Notes: generated by a model from the letters alone, not told the origin. Numbered from the stretch's first letter, positions 52,169 to 63,848 are shown. The stretch is DNA of 64,000 bases from Escherichia coli (GCF_001677475.2 NZ_CP015229.1); one strand, 5' to 3'. A program made the numbers and translations.

Positions 52169-53391
52169 GATTGTGCCTCCGCTTCGGTTTTAGCCGTTGC
52201 CGCGTCTTCTTTTGGCACCAGCATCATCGCCACGCCAATCGCCGTGACGCCGCCGATAAGCTTGCCGACAATCATCGGGAAGATCATGGCGTTCATGTTG
52301 GCAGCGGCGAAGCCTAAGTGGTCGCCCAGGGCGAAAGCAGCGGAAACGGCGAAGGCGCAGTTGATGACTTTGCCGCGGGTATCCATCTGCTTCATCATGC
52401 CAAACATCGGGATGTTGTTGGCAAGCGTTGCCACCATGCCGGCTGCCGCGATGTTGTTCATATTCAGCACTTTACCGACGCTCATCAGCGGTTTTTCAAA
52501 CCAGCGGGTCAGCAGCAGCACCATCGGATACGCCCCTAACAGAACGCAGGAGATAGAACCGATAACTTCAATGGCGCGCATCACCTCACCGGGTTTATCG
52601 CCAGGGGCCATAAAGATAGGATCCAGACCGGGGATCAGTTCCCAGCCAAGCAGGAATTTCACTACCGCAGCGGCAAGACCGAGGGTGATCAATGCAACGA
52701 GGAATTTGGCAAAGATCTGGAAGCCGTTGATCATTTTTTCCGGGATGAATTTCAGCCCCAGCGCCACCAGAATCGCGACAATGATCACCGGGATCATGTT
52801 CATCAGGATCAGGGCGAAAGTGAAATCCACCGGCTGACCGTTGATCTGTACACCGGAGTACATCGCTACCAGACCACCAGCGATACAACCAATCGGAATG
52901 GTCACAATGCCCGCCAGCACGCCGAGCGCCAGATAACGACGGTCAGAAGGTTCGATAATGCCGAGCGCCACCGGAATGGAAAACACAATCGTTGGCCCCA
53001 TCATCGACCCGAGAATTAACCCAGAGTATAGCCACGCGGCTACGTCGCCGCCCGCCAGCTCTTTGGCGAGGAAGAAGCCGCCCATATCGCACGCCAGCAG
53101 TGTTCCGGCGAACATCGATGGGTTAGCGCCGAGCATTTCGTAAACCGGAATAATTACCGGCCCGAGTACGTGGGCCAGTACCGGTGCCAGCGCGGTCATA
53201 CCGACCATCGCCAGGCCCAGTGCGCCCATTGCCATAAAGCCTTCTTCGAACTGACCGCCTGATCCTTCGATACTTTTACCGAACTTACCGAGGAAACGAG
53301 CAGAACCGCCGAACTGCGACAGGATCCTGTCTACGGCAGCTATCAGCATAAAGAACATCATGATGTACATGATGATTTCGTTAATTCCCAT
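52165..53391 (-). CDS. eutH: Ethanolamine permease/facilitator EutH
   Basis: 408 aa polytopic membrane ORF; 4-nt overlap with eutA. Confidence 0.95.
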   Translation of the reverse strand: MGINEIIMYIMMFFMLIAAVDRILSQFGGSARFLGKFGKSIEGSGGQFEEGFMAMGALGLAMVGMTALAPVLAHVLGPVIIPVYEMLGANPSMFAGTLLACDMGGFFLAKELAGGDVAAWLYSGLILGSMMGPTIVFSIPVALGIIEPSDRRYLALGVLAGIVTIPIGCIAGGLVAMYSGVQINGQPVDFTFALILMNMIPVIIVAILVALGLKFIPEKMINGFQIFAKFLVALITLGLAAAVVKFLLGWELIPGLDPIFMAPGDKPGEVMRAIEVIGSISCVLLGAYPMVLLLTRWFEKPLMSVGKVLNMNNIAAAGMVATLANNIPMFGMMKQMDTRGKVINCAFAVSAAFALGDHLGFAAANMNAMIFPMIVGKLIGGVTAIGVAMMLVPKEDAATAKTEAEAQS

Positions 53392-53421
53392 CGCCTTTAC
53401 TCCCTGTTAGTTGTTATTTAT

Positions 53422-53506
<85 letters not shown>

Positions 53507-53507
53507 T

Positions 53508-54695
53508 TTATTGCGCCGCTGCGTACAGACCGACAATCTGTTCCAGGCTGGCGGTACGCGGGTTGCTGCGCAGACAAATATCTTCCTGCGCGGCCTGCGC
53601 CCATGCGCCGTAATGTCCGGTGGTTGCACCCACGTCTGCCAGCCGCTTGTTGATCCCGACTTCCGCAATCAGCTCACTTACCGCGTTAATAGCGTCACGA
53701 TCGTCGGATTTTTTAGTTCGCAGCGCCCGACCAATCTGACTAAACCGATCACGACAAACCATCCGGTTAAATTCCATCACCGTTGGCAGCAACATGGCGT
53801 TCGCCAGACCGTGTGGAATATGCAGCGCCGCCCCTGGCTGATGCGCCATCGCGTGGCACAACCCAAGTCCGGCACTGGAAAACGCCATTCCCGCCATACA
53901 TGAAGCCAGCAACATGCTCTCGCGCGCGGCAAGGTCATGACCGTAGCCCACCGCTTTCGGCAGTGATTTGCCAATCATCGCAATGGCACCAATCGCCAGA
54001 CTGTCGGTAAACGGTGTGGCGTTCAGCGCGCTGTACGCTTCAATGGCATGGGTTAACGCATCAATGCCAGTCATCGCCGTGACATGCGACGGCACACCTT
54101 CGGTCAATGCGGCGTCGAGGATCGCCACATCCGGCATCAGCGAGGCATGGGCTAACACCTGCTTGCGCCCGCTCACCGCGTCAATAATCACCGTTACGTT
54201 GGTGGTTTCAGAGCCGGTTCCGGCGGTCGTTGGAATGGCAATCAGCGGCAAGCGCGGTTGCAGAACGCTGGTTTCTGACATCTCTGCCAGCGTGCTATCC
54301 GGGTTCGTCACCAGCAACGCCACGGCTTTTGCTGCATCCAGCACCGAGCCGCCGCCAAACGCGATCAACCCATCACAGCCTGATTCACGCAACTGCGCCA
54401 CGGCTGCACACACGTCGGTGATGCACGGTTCGCCCACCGGACATGGCCAGAGCGTCATGGCGATACCTTTAACGGCCAGGCTGCGCGTCAGCCCGGCGGT
54501 CATCCCTGCCTGATGCAAAAAGCTGTCTGCCATCACGAACAGATGTTTCAGCCCACGCGTTTGCGCTTGCTGCCCGCAACTGCTCACCGCGCCCGGACCG
54601 CAAAGCGTCACCGGTGGAACGCTAAATGTTTTTACCCGTTGCAGATTCAGGGTATCGAACGCCTGAAAGAGCGCGGTCTGCAATTCATTTTGCAT
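53508..54695 (-). CDS. eutG: Iron-containing alcohol dehydrogenase EutG
   Basis: 395 aa. Confidence 0.95.
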   Translation of the reverse strand: MQNELQTALFQAFDTLNLQRVKTFSVPPVTLCGPGAVSSCGQQAQTRGLKHLFVMADSFLHQAGMTAGLTRSLAVKGIAMTLWPCPVGEPCITDVCAAVAQLRESGCDGLIAFGGGSVLDAAKAVALLVTNPDSTLAEMSETSVLQPRLPLIAIPTTAGTGSETTNVTVIIDAVSGRKQVLAHASLMPDVAILDAALTEGVPSHVTAMTGIDALTHAIEAYSALNATPFTDSLAIGAIAMIGKSLPKAVGYGHDLAARESMLLASCMAGMAFSSAGLGLCHAMAHQPGAALHIPHGLANAMLLPTVMEFNRMVCRDRFSQIGRALRTKKSDDRDAINAVSELIAEVGINKRLADVGATTGHYGAWAQAAQEDICLRSNPRTASLEQIVGLYAAAQ

Positions 54696-55521
54696 ATAGC
54701 CCCTCCGCTTTTTCTCGCCCGCTACTGGCGATCGCCAGCGGGGTCATAAACAAACTGTGCTGCGGTAAATGCACCTGTAACGCCGGGAATTGTTTGCGAA
54801 ACAGTTCCGCCACGCCCGGTTGCATACAAGAGCCGCCCGCCAGCCATAAATCAGTAATGCCCTGCCCTTCAATATGCCGGGCAACAATGTCCGCCATTTT
54901 TTCGTACACCGGTTTCACCGCGGGCCAAATCTCTTCACCGTGACCGCGCTTGTACTGCTCTGCCTCTTCCAGCGAAATACGACGATTTCCGGCGAGAGTC
55001 AGAGAGATGTGATGTCCGCCAGTGGCTTCATCCGCCGAGTACGTCACCTTGCCCTTTTTCACGATGGCAATGCCGGTAGTGCCACCGCCGATATCCACTA
55101 CGCCTGCGTTATCCAGTTGCAGCAGATCCGCGACTGCGGTTGGCTCATCCAGCACATGGCTCACTTCCAGTCCGGCAGACTCCAGCACGTTGATGGAAAT
55201 ACGCGGGTCCGTACCTGGAGGAAAAGAGGTCGCCGCATGGCTAAAACGGCGACCGAATTGCTGCTCGAGGGTGTCGAGATGGCGACGAACAATGGTGACC
55301 GCACCGAAGAAATCCCAGACGATGCCGTCGCGGACCACATCAGCCCAGTCGAGGCATACCGCCACCGGCTGACCGTCGCGGTCAACAACCATCGACACCA
55401 CATCGCAGGTGCCCAGATCCACCCCCAGCCACAGCGGAGATTCCGTCGCGGCAGGCGTCTGGTTACACAGCGTTGCCGCTATGTGCAGACGTGGGGTGAG
55501 CCATTGTTCGTCGTGCGCCAT
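54685..55521 (-). CDS. eutJ: Chaperone-like protein EutJ (Hsp70/actin-fold ATPase)
   Basis: 278 aa; 11-nt overlap with eutG. Confidence 0.95.
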   Translation of the reverse strand: MAHDEQWLTPRLHIAATLCNQTPAATESPLWLGVDLGTCDVVSMVVDRDGQPVAVCLDWADVVRDGIVWDFFGAVTIVRRHLDTLEQQFGRRFSHAATSFPPGTDPRISINVLESAGLEVSHVLDEPTAVADLLQLDNAGVVDIGGGTTGIAIVKKGKVTYSADEATGGHHISLTLAGNRRISLEEAEQYKRGHGEEIWPAVKPVYEKMADIVARHIEGQGITDLWLAGGSCMQPGVAELFRKQFPALQVHLPQHSLFMTPLAIASSGREKAEGLYAK

Positions 55522-55531
55522 CTGTTACTCC

Positions 55532-56935
55532 TTAAACAATGCGAAACGCATCGACTAATACACAGCGACGCAGACGGACAAACGTCCGCGCGCTGGTTAC
55601 CCCTTCACCGGTTGGCGTGGTGATGGTCATGGTGGTCCAGCCTTCCCCGCCCAGCCCCAGCCCGGCAATACACGGTCCGTTCTTAACGAAAATGCTGGTA
55701 TCAATGGCATTCGCCATCTGGTTCATGTTCTCGATATTGCGCGAGTGCATTGCCGCCGTGTGGTGGCAACCGCCTTCCAGTTTCACCGCCAGCGCAATGG
55801 CATCCGCCACGTTGGCGACGCGCACGACGGGCAGCACCGGCATCATCAGTTCAGTCACAGCAAACGGATGTTCTGCGGTGGTTTCTACAAACAGCAGTCG
55901 CGTTTGTTCCGGAACTTTAAGGCCGATTGCCGCCGCGATTTTCGCCGCATCGCGACCAACCCAGTCACGGCTGACGGTGCCTTTTCCGCGCTCGTCGATA
56001 TTTTTCAGCAACACCGGTTGCAGCTGCTGCGCCTGCTCTGCGGTCAGTTTCACCGCGTGCTGGCCTTCCATCAGACGCATCAGTTCATCGGCTACGCTAT
56101 CCACAACAATCAGTACCTTTTCGTCGGCACAAATGATGTTGTTATCGAAAGACGCGCCTTTGACGATGGACTGAGCAGCACGGGCGAGGTCAGCGGTTTC
56201 ATCCACCACTACCGGCGGGTTGCCAGCGCCTGCGGCAATCAGACGTTTATTGGTGTGTTTACGCGCCGCTTCTACTACCGCTTCGCCGCCGGTCACCACC
56301 AGAAGGCCGATGCCCGGAAACTTGAACAAACGTTGCGCGGTTTCGATATCCGGATTGGCCACGGTCACCAGTAAGTTTTCCGGCCCGCCTGCAGCAACAA
56401 TTGCCCGGTTGAGCAGCGTAATCGCTCGCTGAGAGACTTTTTTCGCCGCCGGATGCGGGGCAAAAATGACGCTGTTGCCCGCAGCAATCAGGCTGATGGC
56501 GTTATTAATAACGGTCGCCGCCGGGTTAGTGGACGGCGTTACCGAAGCCACCACGCCCCAGGGCGCGTTTTCAATTAGGGTCAGGCCGTTGTCGCCGGTC
56601 AGCACCTGCGGAGAGAGGCACTCAACGCCTGGTGTGCCGCGCGCCTGAGCGACGTTTTTGGCAAATTTATCTTCGACGCGCCCCATGCCGGTTTCACTGA
56701 CGGCAAGTTCCGCTAAATCTCTGGCGTGTTTTTCGCCTGCTTCACGAATGGCAACAATGGCTAACTGGCGCATTGCCACGCTCTTTAACCCTTGCTGGGC
56801 AATTTTGGCTGCCGCAACGGCGTCATCCAGGGACGCGAAAACGCCCATCTCATGAACGGCGGCGGGCGGCGTATCACTGCTTTGCATTTTCAGCAGTACC
56901 GCTTTCACCACCTGTTCAATATCCTGTTGATTCAT
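55532..56935 (-). CDS. eutE: Acetaldehyde dehydrogenase (CoA-acylating) EutE
   Basis: 467 aa; MNQQDIEQVVKAVLLKMQSS. Confidence 0.96.
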   Translation of the reverse strand: MNQQDIEQVVKAVLLKMQSSDTPPAAVHEMGVFASLDDAVAAAKIAQQGLKSVAMRQLAIVAIREAGEKHARDLAELAVSETGMGRVEDKFAKNVAQARGTPGVECLSPQVLTGDNGLTLIENAPWGVVASVTPSTNPAATVINNAISLIAAGNSVIFAPHPAAKKVSQRAITLLNRAIVAAGGPENLLVTVANPDIETAQRLFKFPGIGLLVVTGGEAVVEAARKHTNKRLIAAGAGNPPVVVDETADLARAAQSIVKGASFDNNIICADEKVLIVVDSVADELMRLMEGQHAVKLTAEQAQQLQPVLLKNIDERGKGTVSRDWVGRDAAKIAAAIGLKVPEQTRLLFVETTAEHPFAVTELMMPVLPVVRVANVADAIALAVKLEGGCHHTAAMHSRNIENMNQMANAIDTSIFVKNGPCIAGLGLGGEGWTTMTITTPTGEGVTSARTFVRLRRCVLVDAFRIV

Positions 56936-56946
56936 GATGTTCTGCC

Positions 56947-57234
56947 TTATTTGTGGAAAATTACCTGACCGCCAGACACCACCTCATCGACGATGCCAAT
57001 CACGCACAGATCGACCGGTGACGTTTCGCTTTTATGCGCCTGGCGGGCGGAACTGCCACTCACCAGCAACACCCACTCCCCGGTTCCCGCGCCAATATTG
57101 TCGATGGCGACGGCACATTGCCCGTCAGGATTACCTTGTGGATCAATCATTTCCACCATCAGCAATTTGTCATGCGCCAGTCCGTGATGGCGTACGGTAC
57201 AAACAATTTGTCCAGTGACGACTGCCAGTTTCAT
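56947..57234 (-). CDS. eutN: Microcompartment vertex protein EutN
   Basis: 95 aa; MKLAVVTGQIVCTVRHHGLAHDKLLMVEMI (EutN/CcmL fold). Confidence 0.95.
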   Translation of the reverse strand: MKLAVVTGQIVCTVRHHGLAHDKLLMVEMIDPQGNPDGQCAVAIDNIGAGTGEWVLLVSGSSARQAHKSETSPVDLCVIGIVDEVVSGGQVIFHK

Positions 57235-57340
57235 ACCCGCCTCCGTGGCGTATTTCAGGTAAAAGCTCCCCCTACCCTCCGCGGAAGGTAAAATGAAAAA
57301 TGAGAGAGCGTGACGCCCGAATCGACGTCACACAGGGTGA

Positions 57341-57634
57341 TTACAGGTTGCTGCTATCGCCTTTCAGGCCGATCGGGAAAACTTCTTCCAGGTCGCCGTG
57401 CGGGCGCGGGATAACATGTACAGATACCAGCTCGCCGATACGCTGTGCCGCTGCGGCACCGGCATCGGTCGCCGCTTTACAGGCTGCAACATCACCACGA
57501 ACCATAGCAGTACACAGGCCGCCGCCAATCTGCTTAACACCAACCAGTTTGACGCGCGCAGCTTTCACCATCGCGTCAGAAGCCTCAATCAGTGCAACCA
57601 GGCCCCGGGTTTCGATCATTCCTAATGCTTCCAT
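57341..57634 (-). CDS. eutM: Major microcompartment shell protein EutM (BMC domain)
   Basis: ORF track 111 aa; AGAGGA RBS supports start at [28 protein letters not shown] (97 aa). Confidence 0.95.
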   Translation of the reverse strand: MEALGMIETRGLVALIEASDAMVKAARVKLVGVKQIGGGLCTAMVRGDVAACKAATDAGAAAAQRIGELVSVHVIPRPHGDLEEVFPIGLKGDSSNL

Positions 57635-57672
57635 TGTGCTTTCCTCTTTATCAGGGTCCAGAACGGGACCGT

Positions 57673-58689
57673 TCATTCAACCAGTGTTTGTAAACTGCTT
57701 TCGCGGTTCACTTCTGTCTGACGCGGCACAGCTGCCACCAGCGCCAGCTCGATAATTTCCTGCACGCTACAACCACGAGAGAGATCGTGCATCGGCGCGG
57801 CAAGTCCTTGTATCAATGGCCCGACGGCACGATATCCGCCGAGTCGTTGTGCGATTTTGTAGCCAATATTTCCGGCTTCCAGCGACGGAAAAACCATCAC
57901 ATTGGCCTTGCCTTGTAGCGGGCTGGCAGGCGCTTTTTGCGCCGCCACTTCCGGCACGAAGGCGGCGTCAAACTGCAACTCGCCATCGACTACCAACTGC
58001 GGCGCGCGCTCACGGACGATTTCTGTCGCCTGCTGGACGTTGGCAACGCAGGGGTGACGGGCGCTGCCGTTACTGGAAAACGACAACATCGCCACGCGCG
58101 GCTCTTCTCCGGTGATGGCGCGCCAGGTTTCGGCGCTGGCAAGCGCGATATCCGCCAACTGCGCCGCCGTCGGCTGTGGCACTACGCTGCAATCGGCAAA
58201 GCCCAATGCGGGGCCACTGTACTGTGGCAGCATCAGGAAAATGGAGGAGAGCGTTTTACAGCCTGGCTGTAAGCCAATAATGCGTAATCCGGCACGCAGC
58301 ACATTCGCCGTGGAAGAGAGATTGCCCGCGATACAGACATCCGCTGTCCCGGCGCTGACCATTGCGGCAGCGAACATCAGCGGATCGGTGAGTTTTTCCA
58401 GCGCATCCGGCGGCGTTTTTTCGCCCGCGCGGGCCAGCCAGCGATGAGCAAATTCTTCCCGCATTGCGAGGTTGCCATGCGGATCAATCACCTGTAGCCC
58501 GTCCATCGCCACGCCATGACTGAGCGCAAACTGACGAAGTTCAAACGGATTGGCGACCAGAATGGGCGTTGCCAGACCTTGTTGATGTAAATATTGCGCA
58601 GCTTTCAGCACACGTTGATCTAACGCATCCGGAAAAACTACTCTGGCGGGCGCTCGCAACGCCAGTTCACGACAACGTTCAATAATCAT
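57673..58689 (-). CDS. eutD: Phosphotransacetylase EutD
   Basis: 338 aa; [34 protein letters not shown]. Confidence 0.96.
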   Translation of the reverse strand: MIIERCRELALRAPARVVFPDALDQRVLKAAQYLHQQGLATPILVANPFELRQFALSHGVAMDGLQVIDPHGNLAMREEFAHRWLARAGEKTPPDALEKLTDPLMFAAAMVSAGTADVCIAGNLSSTANVLRAGLRIIGLQPGCKTLSSIFLMLPQYSGPALGFADCSVVPQPTAAQLADIALASAETWRAITGEEPRVAMLSFSSNGSARHPCVANVQQATEIVRERAPQLVVDGELQFDAAFVPEVAAQKAPASPLQGKANVMVFPSLEAGNIGYKIAQRLGGYRAVGPLIQGLAAPMHDLSRGCSVQEIIELALVAAVPRQTEVNRESSLQTLVE

Positions 58690-59489
58690 TGCGTTTCCCC
58701 CAGTCGTTGTTGGATCTGCTTCACCGTTAGCGGCTGCTTCGTTACGCTCAGGATCATCATCACGTAGACCGTGCTCGAAAGGCGGTTCAGTGCCTGCAAG
58801 ATGTCCGGGCGTAATACTTCAAAACTGCGGGTTATAAACACCTGCGCCGCTACGGTTTCGGTTTCCCGCACTTTGGTGCGTAGCAGATTGAGCAACGCAG
58901 CATCGCGCCCGTGGCTGGCTTCCGGCACCAGATGATCGTGGTCGAGATAGCGCAGCGGCTGGTGAGAAAGCCGATGCAGATCTTCGTCAGAAAGCCCGAC
59001 AATCGCTTGTTCGCCCAGCGGTTCCCCCAGCGCATCGGCGCGCATAATGTTGCCAAGACGCGAGCGGATGTCCGCCAGCCACGGCTGCCACGGTTCTGCC
59101 AGTTCAATTTGCAGCCACACTGCCAGCGCAATGGTGCTGTCGAGAACCGCGCGAAAACCCAGGCGCGGATCGCTTTTGGCGACCATTTTTTCCGCCGACA
59201 GGTGAGTCAGCGTATCCGGCTTTTTTGCCACCGGCTGGCGGCACAGTTCGCAGCACGCCTGCGGATGTTCATCGCTACTGGTCAGCCCGTGAACGGGCTG
59301 TGGCTGCTGCTGTTCATCGTCAACAAACAGGCGGCCCTGCTCGTCAATAAACTTGATGCGCAGATGGCGGCTTTCCAGTAACTCCCGGGCAGAGGGCGTC
59401 AGGCGACTGTGCGCAGGGAGATGGATCTCTGCGCCTTCGCTGAGCGTATGGTTCGCTCGTAGCCATGCTTCGGTGATGAAATCTTTCAT
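58686..59489 (-). CDS. eutT: Ethanolamine-utilisation corrinoid adenosyltransferase EutT
   Basis: 267 aa; 4-nt overlaps on both sides. Confidence 0.95.
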   Translation of the reverse strand: MKDFITEAWLRANHTLSEGAEIHLPAHSRLTPSARELLESRHLRIKFIDEQGRLFVDDEQQQPQPVHGLTSSDEHPQACCELCRQPVAKKPDTLTHLSAEKMVAKSDPRLGFRAVLDSTIALAVWLQIELAEPWQPWLADIRSRLGNIMRADALGEPLGEQAIVGLSDEDLHRLSHQPLRYLDHDHLVPEASHGRDAALLNLLRTKVRETETVAAQVFITRSFEVLRPDILQALNRLSSTVYVMMILSVTKQPLTVKQIQQRLGETQ

Positions 59490-60187
59490 AGGGATTGCCA
59501 GTTAGCCGGCCAGGCGACATACAGGAATTTCACGCTGGATGTCGTGCCAAATTCGATGCTGGAGCCTTTCGGGATAAACATCACGTCGCCTGCTTTGGCG
59601 ATCATGGTTTCGCCTTCGTGGCGAACATGCAGTTCCCCTTCCAGCACCATGTCGATTTCGTCGTAGTTCAGGGTCCATGGGAAGAAGGCGTTCTCCCACT
59701 GCATAAAACCGGCGGCCATGCTACTGCCGTCATCTCCGGTGACCAGATCCGTTAATCCGACGCAGTGTGGCTGTGCGCCGTCGAAACGACCAAACTTGAC
59801 GCTGCTGCCATCAATCACTTTGATGCCGCCTTTGCCGGTCACCGATTTGAAGCTCGGCTGCATTGCCCCCTGCTCCAGCGACTGTTTTTCCTTCATCACT
59901 TTTTCCATCAGCTGCGCGACCAGGCTTTCGGTAAACTGGCCTTCCGGCAACTGGGCAATGATGGTTTCGCGGATGCGCTGGCTTTCGGTTTTATCGGCTG
60001 GCGCGCTGGCGGGAACAGACGCCGTTACCGGAGTCGATTCATCGCATTCGGTGATGGTAAAACCCAGTAGTTCCGCCACTTCACGGGCTTCCGGAGTAAT
60101 AATGCTGGCACGTAGAACCACGGACATTGCCTGTTCGCCGCGCGCGTGTGCTTCACGAATATCATTCGCTGTGATGAGTTTTTTCAC
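59486..60187 (-). CDS. eutQ: Cupin-fold protein EutQ
   Basis: 233 aa; MKKLITANDIREAHARGEQAMSVVLRASIITPEAR. Confidence 0.93.
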   Translation of the reverse strand: MKKLITANDIREAHARGEQAMSVVLRASIITPEAREVAELLGFTITECDESTPVTASVPASAPADKTESQRIRETIIAQLPEGQFTESLVAQLMEKVMKEKQSLEQGAMQPSFKSVTGKGGIKVIDGSSVKFGRFDGAQPHCVGLTDLVTGDDGSSMAAGFMQWENAFFPWTLNYDEIDMVLEGELHVRHEGETMIAKAGDVMFIPKGSSIEFGTTSSVKFLYVAWPANWQSL

Positions 60188-60641
60188 CTGCTTCCTCCTG
60201 TTTGGTGAGAGATGCCAGATAATCCACCAGTTGCTGCACGCTTTGCGGGTCGTGGCTGTTTAGCTCGAAAATCGGCTCTTCGAAGCCAGTCTCAAGCAAT
60301 AACTTTCGCGTTGCGGCGACGTCAGCATCTGGCATGTCCGTTTTACTGATGACGGCGATTTGCCGTTTGCTGACGCCAATATCCAGCAACCCGGCAGGCA
60401 ACCGACTTTCCGGGTCATTCGCGTCGTGGACATAGATCAGCATGTCCACATCCTGTAGCGTGGTAATTAAGGCGTGATACCAGCGGGGATGGCTAAAATA
60501 TTCACCTGGCGTATCAATATCACCCTTATTATTAAATTCCACAGCCTGCGTTTTTCGCGCGAGGGTATAATCCCCTTGCAACGCATTAAATAACGTTGTC
60601 TTTCCTGCTCCGACAGCACCCACAAACGCAATTCGTTTCAT
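60162..60641 (-). CDS. eutP: P-loop NTPase EutP
   Basis: 159 aa; Walker A GAVGAGKTT; 26-nt overlap with eutQ. Confidence 0.93.
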   Translation of the reverse strand: MKRIAFVGAVGAGKTTLFNALQGDYTLARKTQAVEFNNKGDIDTPGEYFSHPRWYHALITTLQDVDMLIYVHDANDPESRLPAGLLDIGVSKRQIAVISKTDMPDADVAATRKLLLETGFEEPIFELNSHDPQSVQQLVDYLASLTKQEEAGEKTHHSE

Positions 60642-60653
60642 GAATGCCTCGCA

Positions 60654-60989
60654 TTAACTTTTGGTCATTTCACAAAGCGTATAATTTAATAAGCGACCTA
60701 AACCACTGACAGTTTGTGATAACGCTTCTTCTACTGCACCCACCGAGCCATAAATCACCAGCGCGCCGCTAAAACGGTCGAGAAATCCGATATGCACATC
60801 GGCGGCTTTCAGCGCTAAATCACCGGCGATCATCGCCGTTTCGCCGGGAGTTAGCGTCATAATGCCGATTGCACCCGCATCCGGAACGCCGATTTTCTTC
60901 GCCAGTTCCTCGCCGGGATGCGCGATGAGATGCGCCAGTGTGACCTGTTTGCCGGGCACAAATTCTTGAATGATGCGTTCTTTATCCAT
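60654..60989 (-). CDS. eutS: Microcompartment shell protein EutS (permuted BMC domain)
   Basis: ORF track 135 aa; start chosen at [26 protein letters not shown] (111 aa). Confidence 0.9.
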
Positions 60990-61238
60990 GAGTCGCCGCC
61001 TGTGAAAAACTTGCGTGTATCGTGACAATTTTTCGTCAGAGTAAATAACAAAATTCGGCAAGCGCGTTTAAAAGGTGAGGTAGATCACTAAGAATGGAGA
61101 GATATTTACTGTTATGAATAAACTTTCATATGCGACGCATGAATATAAATAAAATAATATCGAGATATTTTATATACTGATTTTTTTATTATTCGCAAAC
61201 TCAGTAATAAGCTTTACTAATATATTGCAGCTAAACTG

Positions 61239-61262
61239 CTTACCCTGAATATTCAGGGTAAG
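61239..61262. other. Perfect 24-bp palindrome between the maeB stop and the eut promoter region (possible maeB terminator hairpin)
   Basis: CTTACCCTGA-ATAT-TCAGGGTAAG, 10-bp arms with a 4-nt loop, in an otherwise AT-rich intergenic region. Confidence 0.45.
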
Positions 61263-61280
61263 CGTGAGAGTTAAAAAAAA

Positions 61281-63560
61281 TTACAACGGTTGGGTTTGCG
61301 CTTCAACCACGGCCAGCGCCACCATGTTGACGATACGACGCACCGATGCGATCGGCGTTAACACGTGAACCGGTTTCGCCACGCCCATCAGCACCGGACC
61401 GACAGTCACACCTTCCGAGCTGGAAACGCGCAGTAAGTTGTAACTAATGCGGGCAGCTTCCATGTTTGGCATTACCAGAATATTGGCGGAACCTTTCAAA
61501 GGGCTGTCCGGCATACGGTCATTGCGAATCGCTTCCACCAGCGCTGCATCGCCGTGCATTTCACCATCAATCATCAGTTCTGGCGCTCGTTCCCTGACCA
61601 GTTCCAGCGCCTGACGCATTTTGCTCGACGACGGGCAGTCAGAAGAACCAAAGTTGGAGTGCGACAACAAAGCAACACGCGGCTCAATACCAAAACGACG
61701 GACAGTTTCTGCCGCCATCAAGGTGATCTCCGCCAGCTCTTCTGCGTCTGGTTCGTCATTGACGTATGTATCGGCAATAAAGGTGTTACCACTCGGCAGC
61801 AGCAGCGCGTTCATGGCACCTGCGGTGTGAACGCCATCGCGATAACCAAAGACATTTTTTACCACGCTAAAGTGTTCATGGTAATCACCCACCGTACCGC
61901 AAATCATTGCATCGGCTTCGCCACGCTGAACCATGATCGCGCCGATCACTGTCGGGTTACTGATCAGCGCACGCTGCGCCTGCTCCTGGGTGACACCACG
62001 ACGCTTCATGATCTGGAAGTATTCGGTCCAGTACTCTTTAAAGCGCGGATCGGATTCGTTATTGACGATCTCAAAATCAACACCCGCTTTGATCTGCAAG
62101 CCCAGTTTCTGAATGCGCATTTCGATCACGTTCGGACGACCGATAAGGATCGGTTTCGCCAGTCCCAGCGTTACCAGTTCCTGAGTGGCATGCAGAACGC
62201 GCGCCTCTTCCCCTTCCGGCAGAACAACGCGCTTCGGCGCTTTGCGAGCCTGGGAGAAAATCGGCTTCATAAACAGGTTGGTTTTGTAAACGAACTCAGT
62301 CAGCTTGTCGATGTAGACGTCGAAATCAGCAATCGGACGCGTCGCCACGCCCGACTCCATCGCCGCTTTCGCGACCGCAGGAGCGATCTTAACGATCAAG
62401 CGCGGATCAAACGGTTTTGGAATGATGTATTCCGGACCAAAGCTCAGATCCTGATCGCCATAAGCTGAAGCCACCACTTCACTCTGTTCCGCATGGGCCA
62501 GTTCTGCAATCGCGCGTACTGCCGCCAGTTTCATCTCTTCGTTGATGGCGGTTGCGCCAACGTCCAGCGCGCCACGGAAGATGAACGGGAAGCAAAGAAC
62601 GTTGTTCACCTGGTTCGGGTAGTCGGAACGGCCGGTACAGATGATGGCATCCGGACGCACTTCTTTCGCCAGCGGCGGCAGAATTTCCGGTTCCGGGTTC
62701 GCCAGCGCCAGGATCATTGGCGCACGGGCCATTTTCTTCACCATTTCCTGGGTCAGCACTTTCGGGCCGGAACAGCCGAGGAAAATATCCGCGCCTTCAA
62801 TCACATCATCGAGGGTACGTTTGCCGTCATCCACTACCGCATATGCGGCTTTGGTTTCCGCCATGTTTGGCTCACGGCCCTGATAGATAACACCTTTTGA
62901 ATCGCAAACCACGATGTTATGTTTTTGCAGCCCCAGCGCCACCAGCAGGTTCATACAAGCGATTGCTGCGGCACCCGCGCCGGAAACCACCATCCGCACG
63001 TCGGAGATGTTTTTCTCCACCACGCGCAAGCCGTTGAGGATGGCGGCAGTGCTGATGATTGCCGTGCCGTGCTGATCGTCGTGGAATACCGGAATATTCA
63101 TCCGCTCGCGCAGTTTCTGTTCAATATAGAAACATTCTGGCGCTTTAATGTCTTCGAGGTTGATTCCGCCGAAGGTCGGTTCGAGCGCAGCGACAACTTC
63201 AATAAATTTGTCCGGGTCGAGTTCATCAACTTCAATGTCAAATACATCAATCCCGGCGAATTTCTTAAACAGAACGCCCTTGCCTTCCATCACCGGTTTG
63301 CCTGCCAGCGCTCCAATGTTGCCTAACCCCAGCACCGCCGTACCGTTAGAGATCACCGCCACCAGGTTACCGCGCGCGGTATATTTGTAGGCTTTTAGCG
63401 GGTCTTTTTCGATTTCAAGACAAGGTGCGGCAACGCCTGGTGAGTAGGCCAGCGCCAGATCGCGCTGCGTTGCCAGAGGCTTGGTTGGAGAAACCTGGAT
63501 TTTCCCTGGAACTGGAAATTCATGGAAATCAAGTGCACTTTGTTTTAACTGGTCATCCAT
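61281..63560 (-). CDS. maeB: NADP-dependent malic enzyme (malic enzyme plus PTA-like domain)
   Basis: 759 aa; [44 protein letters not shown]. Confidence 0.97.
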   Translation of the reverse strand: MDDQLKQSALDFHEFPVPGKIQVSPTKPLATQRDLALAYSPGVAAPCLEIEKDPLKAYKYTARGNLVAVISNGTAVLGLGNIGALAGKPVMEGKGVLFKKFAGIDVFDIEVDELDPDKFIEVVAALEPTFGGINLEDIKAPECFYIEQKLRERMNIPVFHDDQHGTAIISTAAILNGLRVVEKNISDVRMVVSGAGAAAIACMNLLVALGLQKHNIVVCDSKGVIYQGREPNMAETKAAYAVVDDGKRTLDDVIEGADIFLGCSGPKVLTQEMVKKMARAPMILALANPEPEILPPLAKEVRPDAIICTGRSDYPNQVNNVLCFPFIFRGALDVGATAINEEMKLAAVRAIAELAHAEQSEVVASAYGDQDLSFGPEYIIPKPFDPRLIVKIAPAVAKAAMESGVATRPIADFDVYIDKLTEFVYKTNLFMKPIFSQARKAPKRVVLPEGEEARVLHATQELVTLGLAKPILIGRPNVIEMRIQKLGLQIKAGVDFEIVNNESDPRFKEYWTEYFQIMKRRGVTQEQAQRALISNPTVIGAIMVQRGEADAMICGTVGDYHEHFSVVKNVFGYRDGVHTAGAMNALLLPSGNTFIADTYVNDEPDAEELAEITLMAAETVRRFGIEPRVALLSHSNFGSSDCPSSSKMRQALELVRERAPELMIDGEMHGDAALVEAIRNDRMPDSPLKGSANILVMPNMEAARISYNLLRVSSSEGVTVGPVLMGVAKPVHVLTPIASVRRIVNMVALAVVEAQTQPL

Positions 63561-63848
63561 TTGGTTGTTCCTTTCACGTAACGTTCACAAATAAAGTGTG
63601 TGGGCAACAGCCCCTGCCCACAACGTGGCGCACATTATTACCCTGCCGGAGTCTACAGACTTTGAGCAAGTCCAAACTCTCACCATTAATATAATGTTTT
63701 GGTAATAATCCTATAACACTGATGTTACCTGCTTAATCCAGCAATACCATGCCTGTCTGCTATGCTTTTTTGATGCGTTTAGCGAAATTTCTCAGAAGTG
63801 TGAATTAACGCACTCATCTAACACTTTACTTTTCAAGGAGTATTTCCT

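Noticed and set aside
54874-55623. 249-aa plus-strand ORF
   Set aside because: Antisense to eutJ/eutE; shadow frame.
61554-62468. 304-aa plus-strand ORF
   Set aside because: Antisense to maeB; no RBS; shadow frame.
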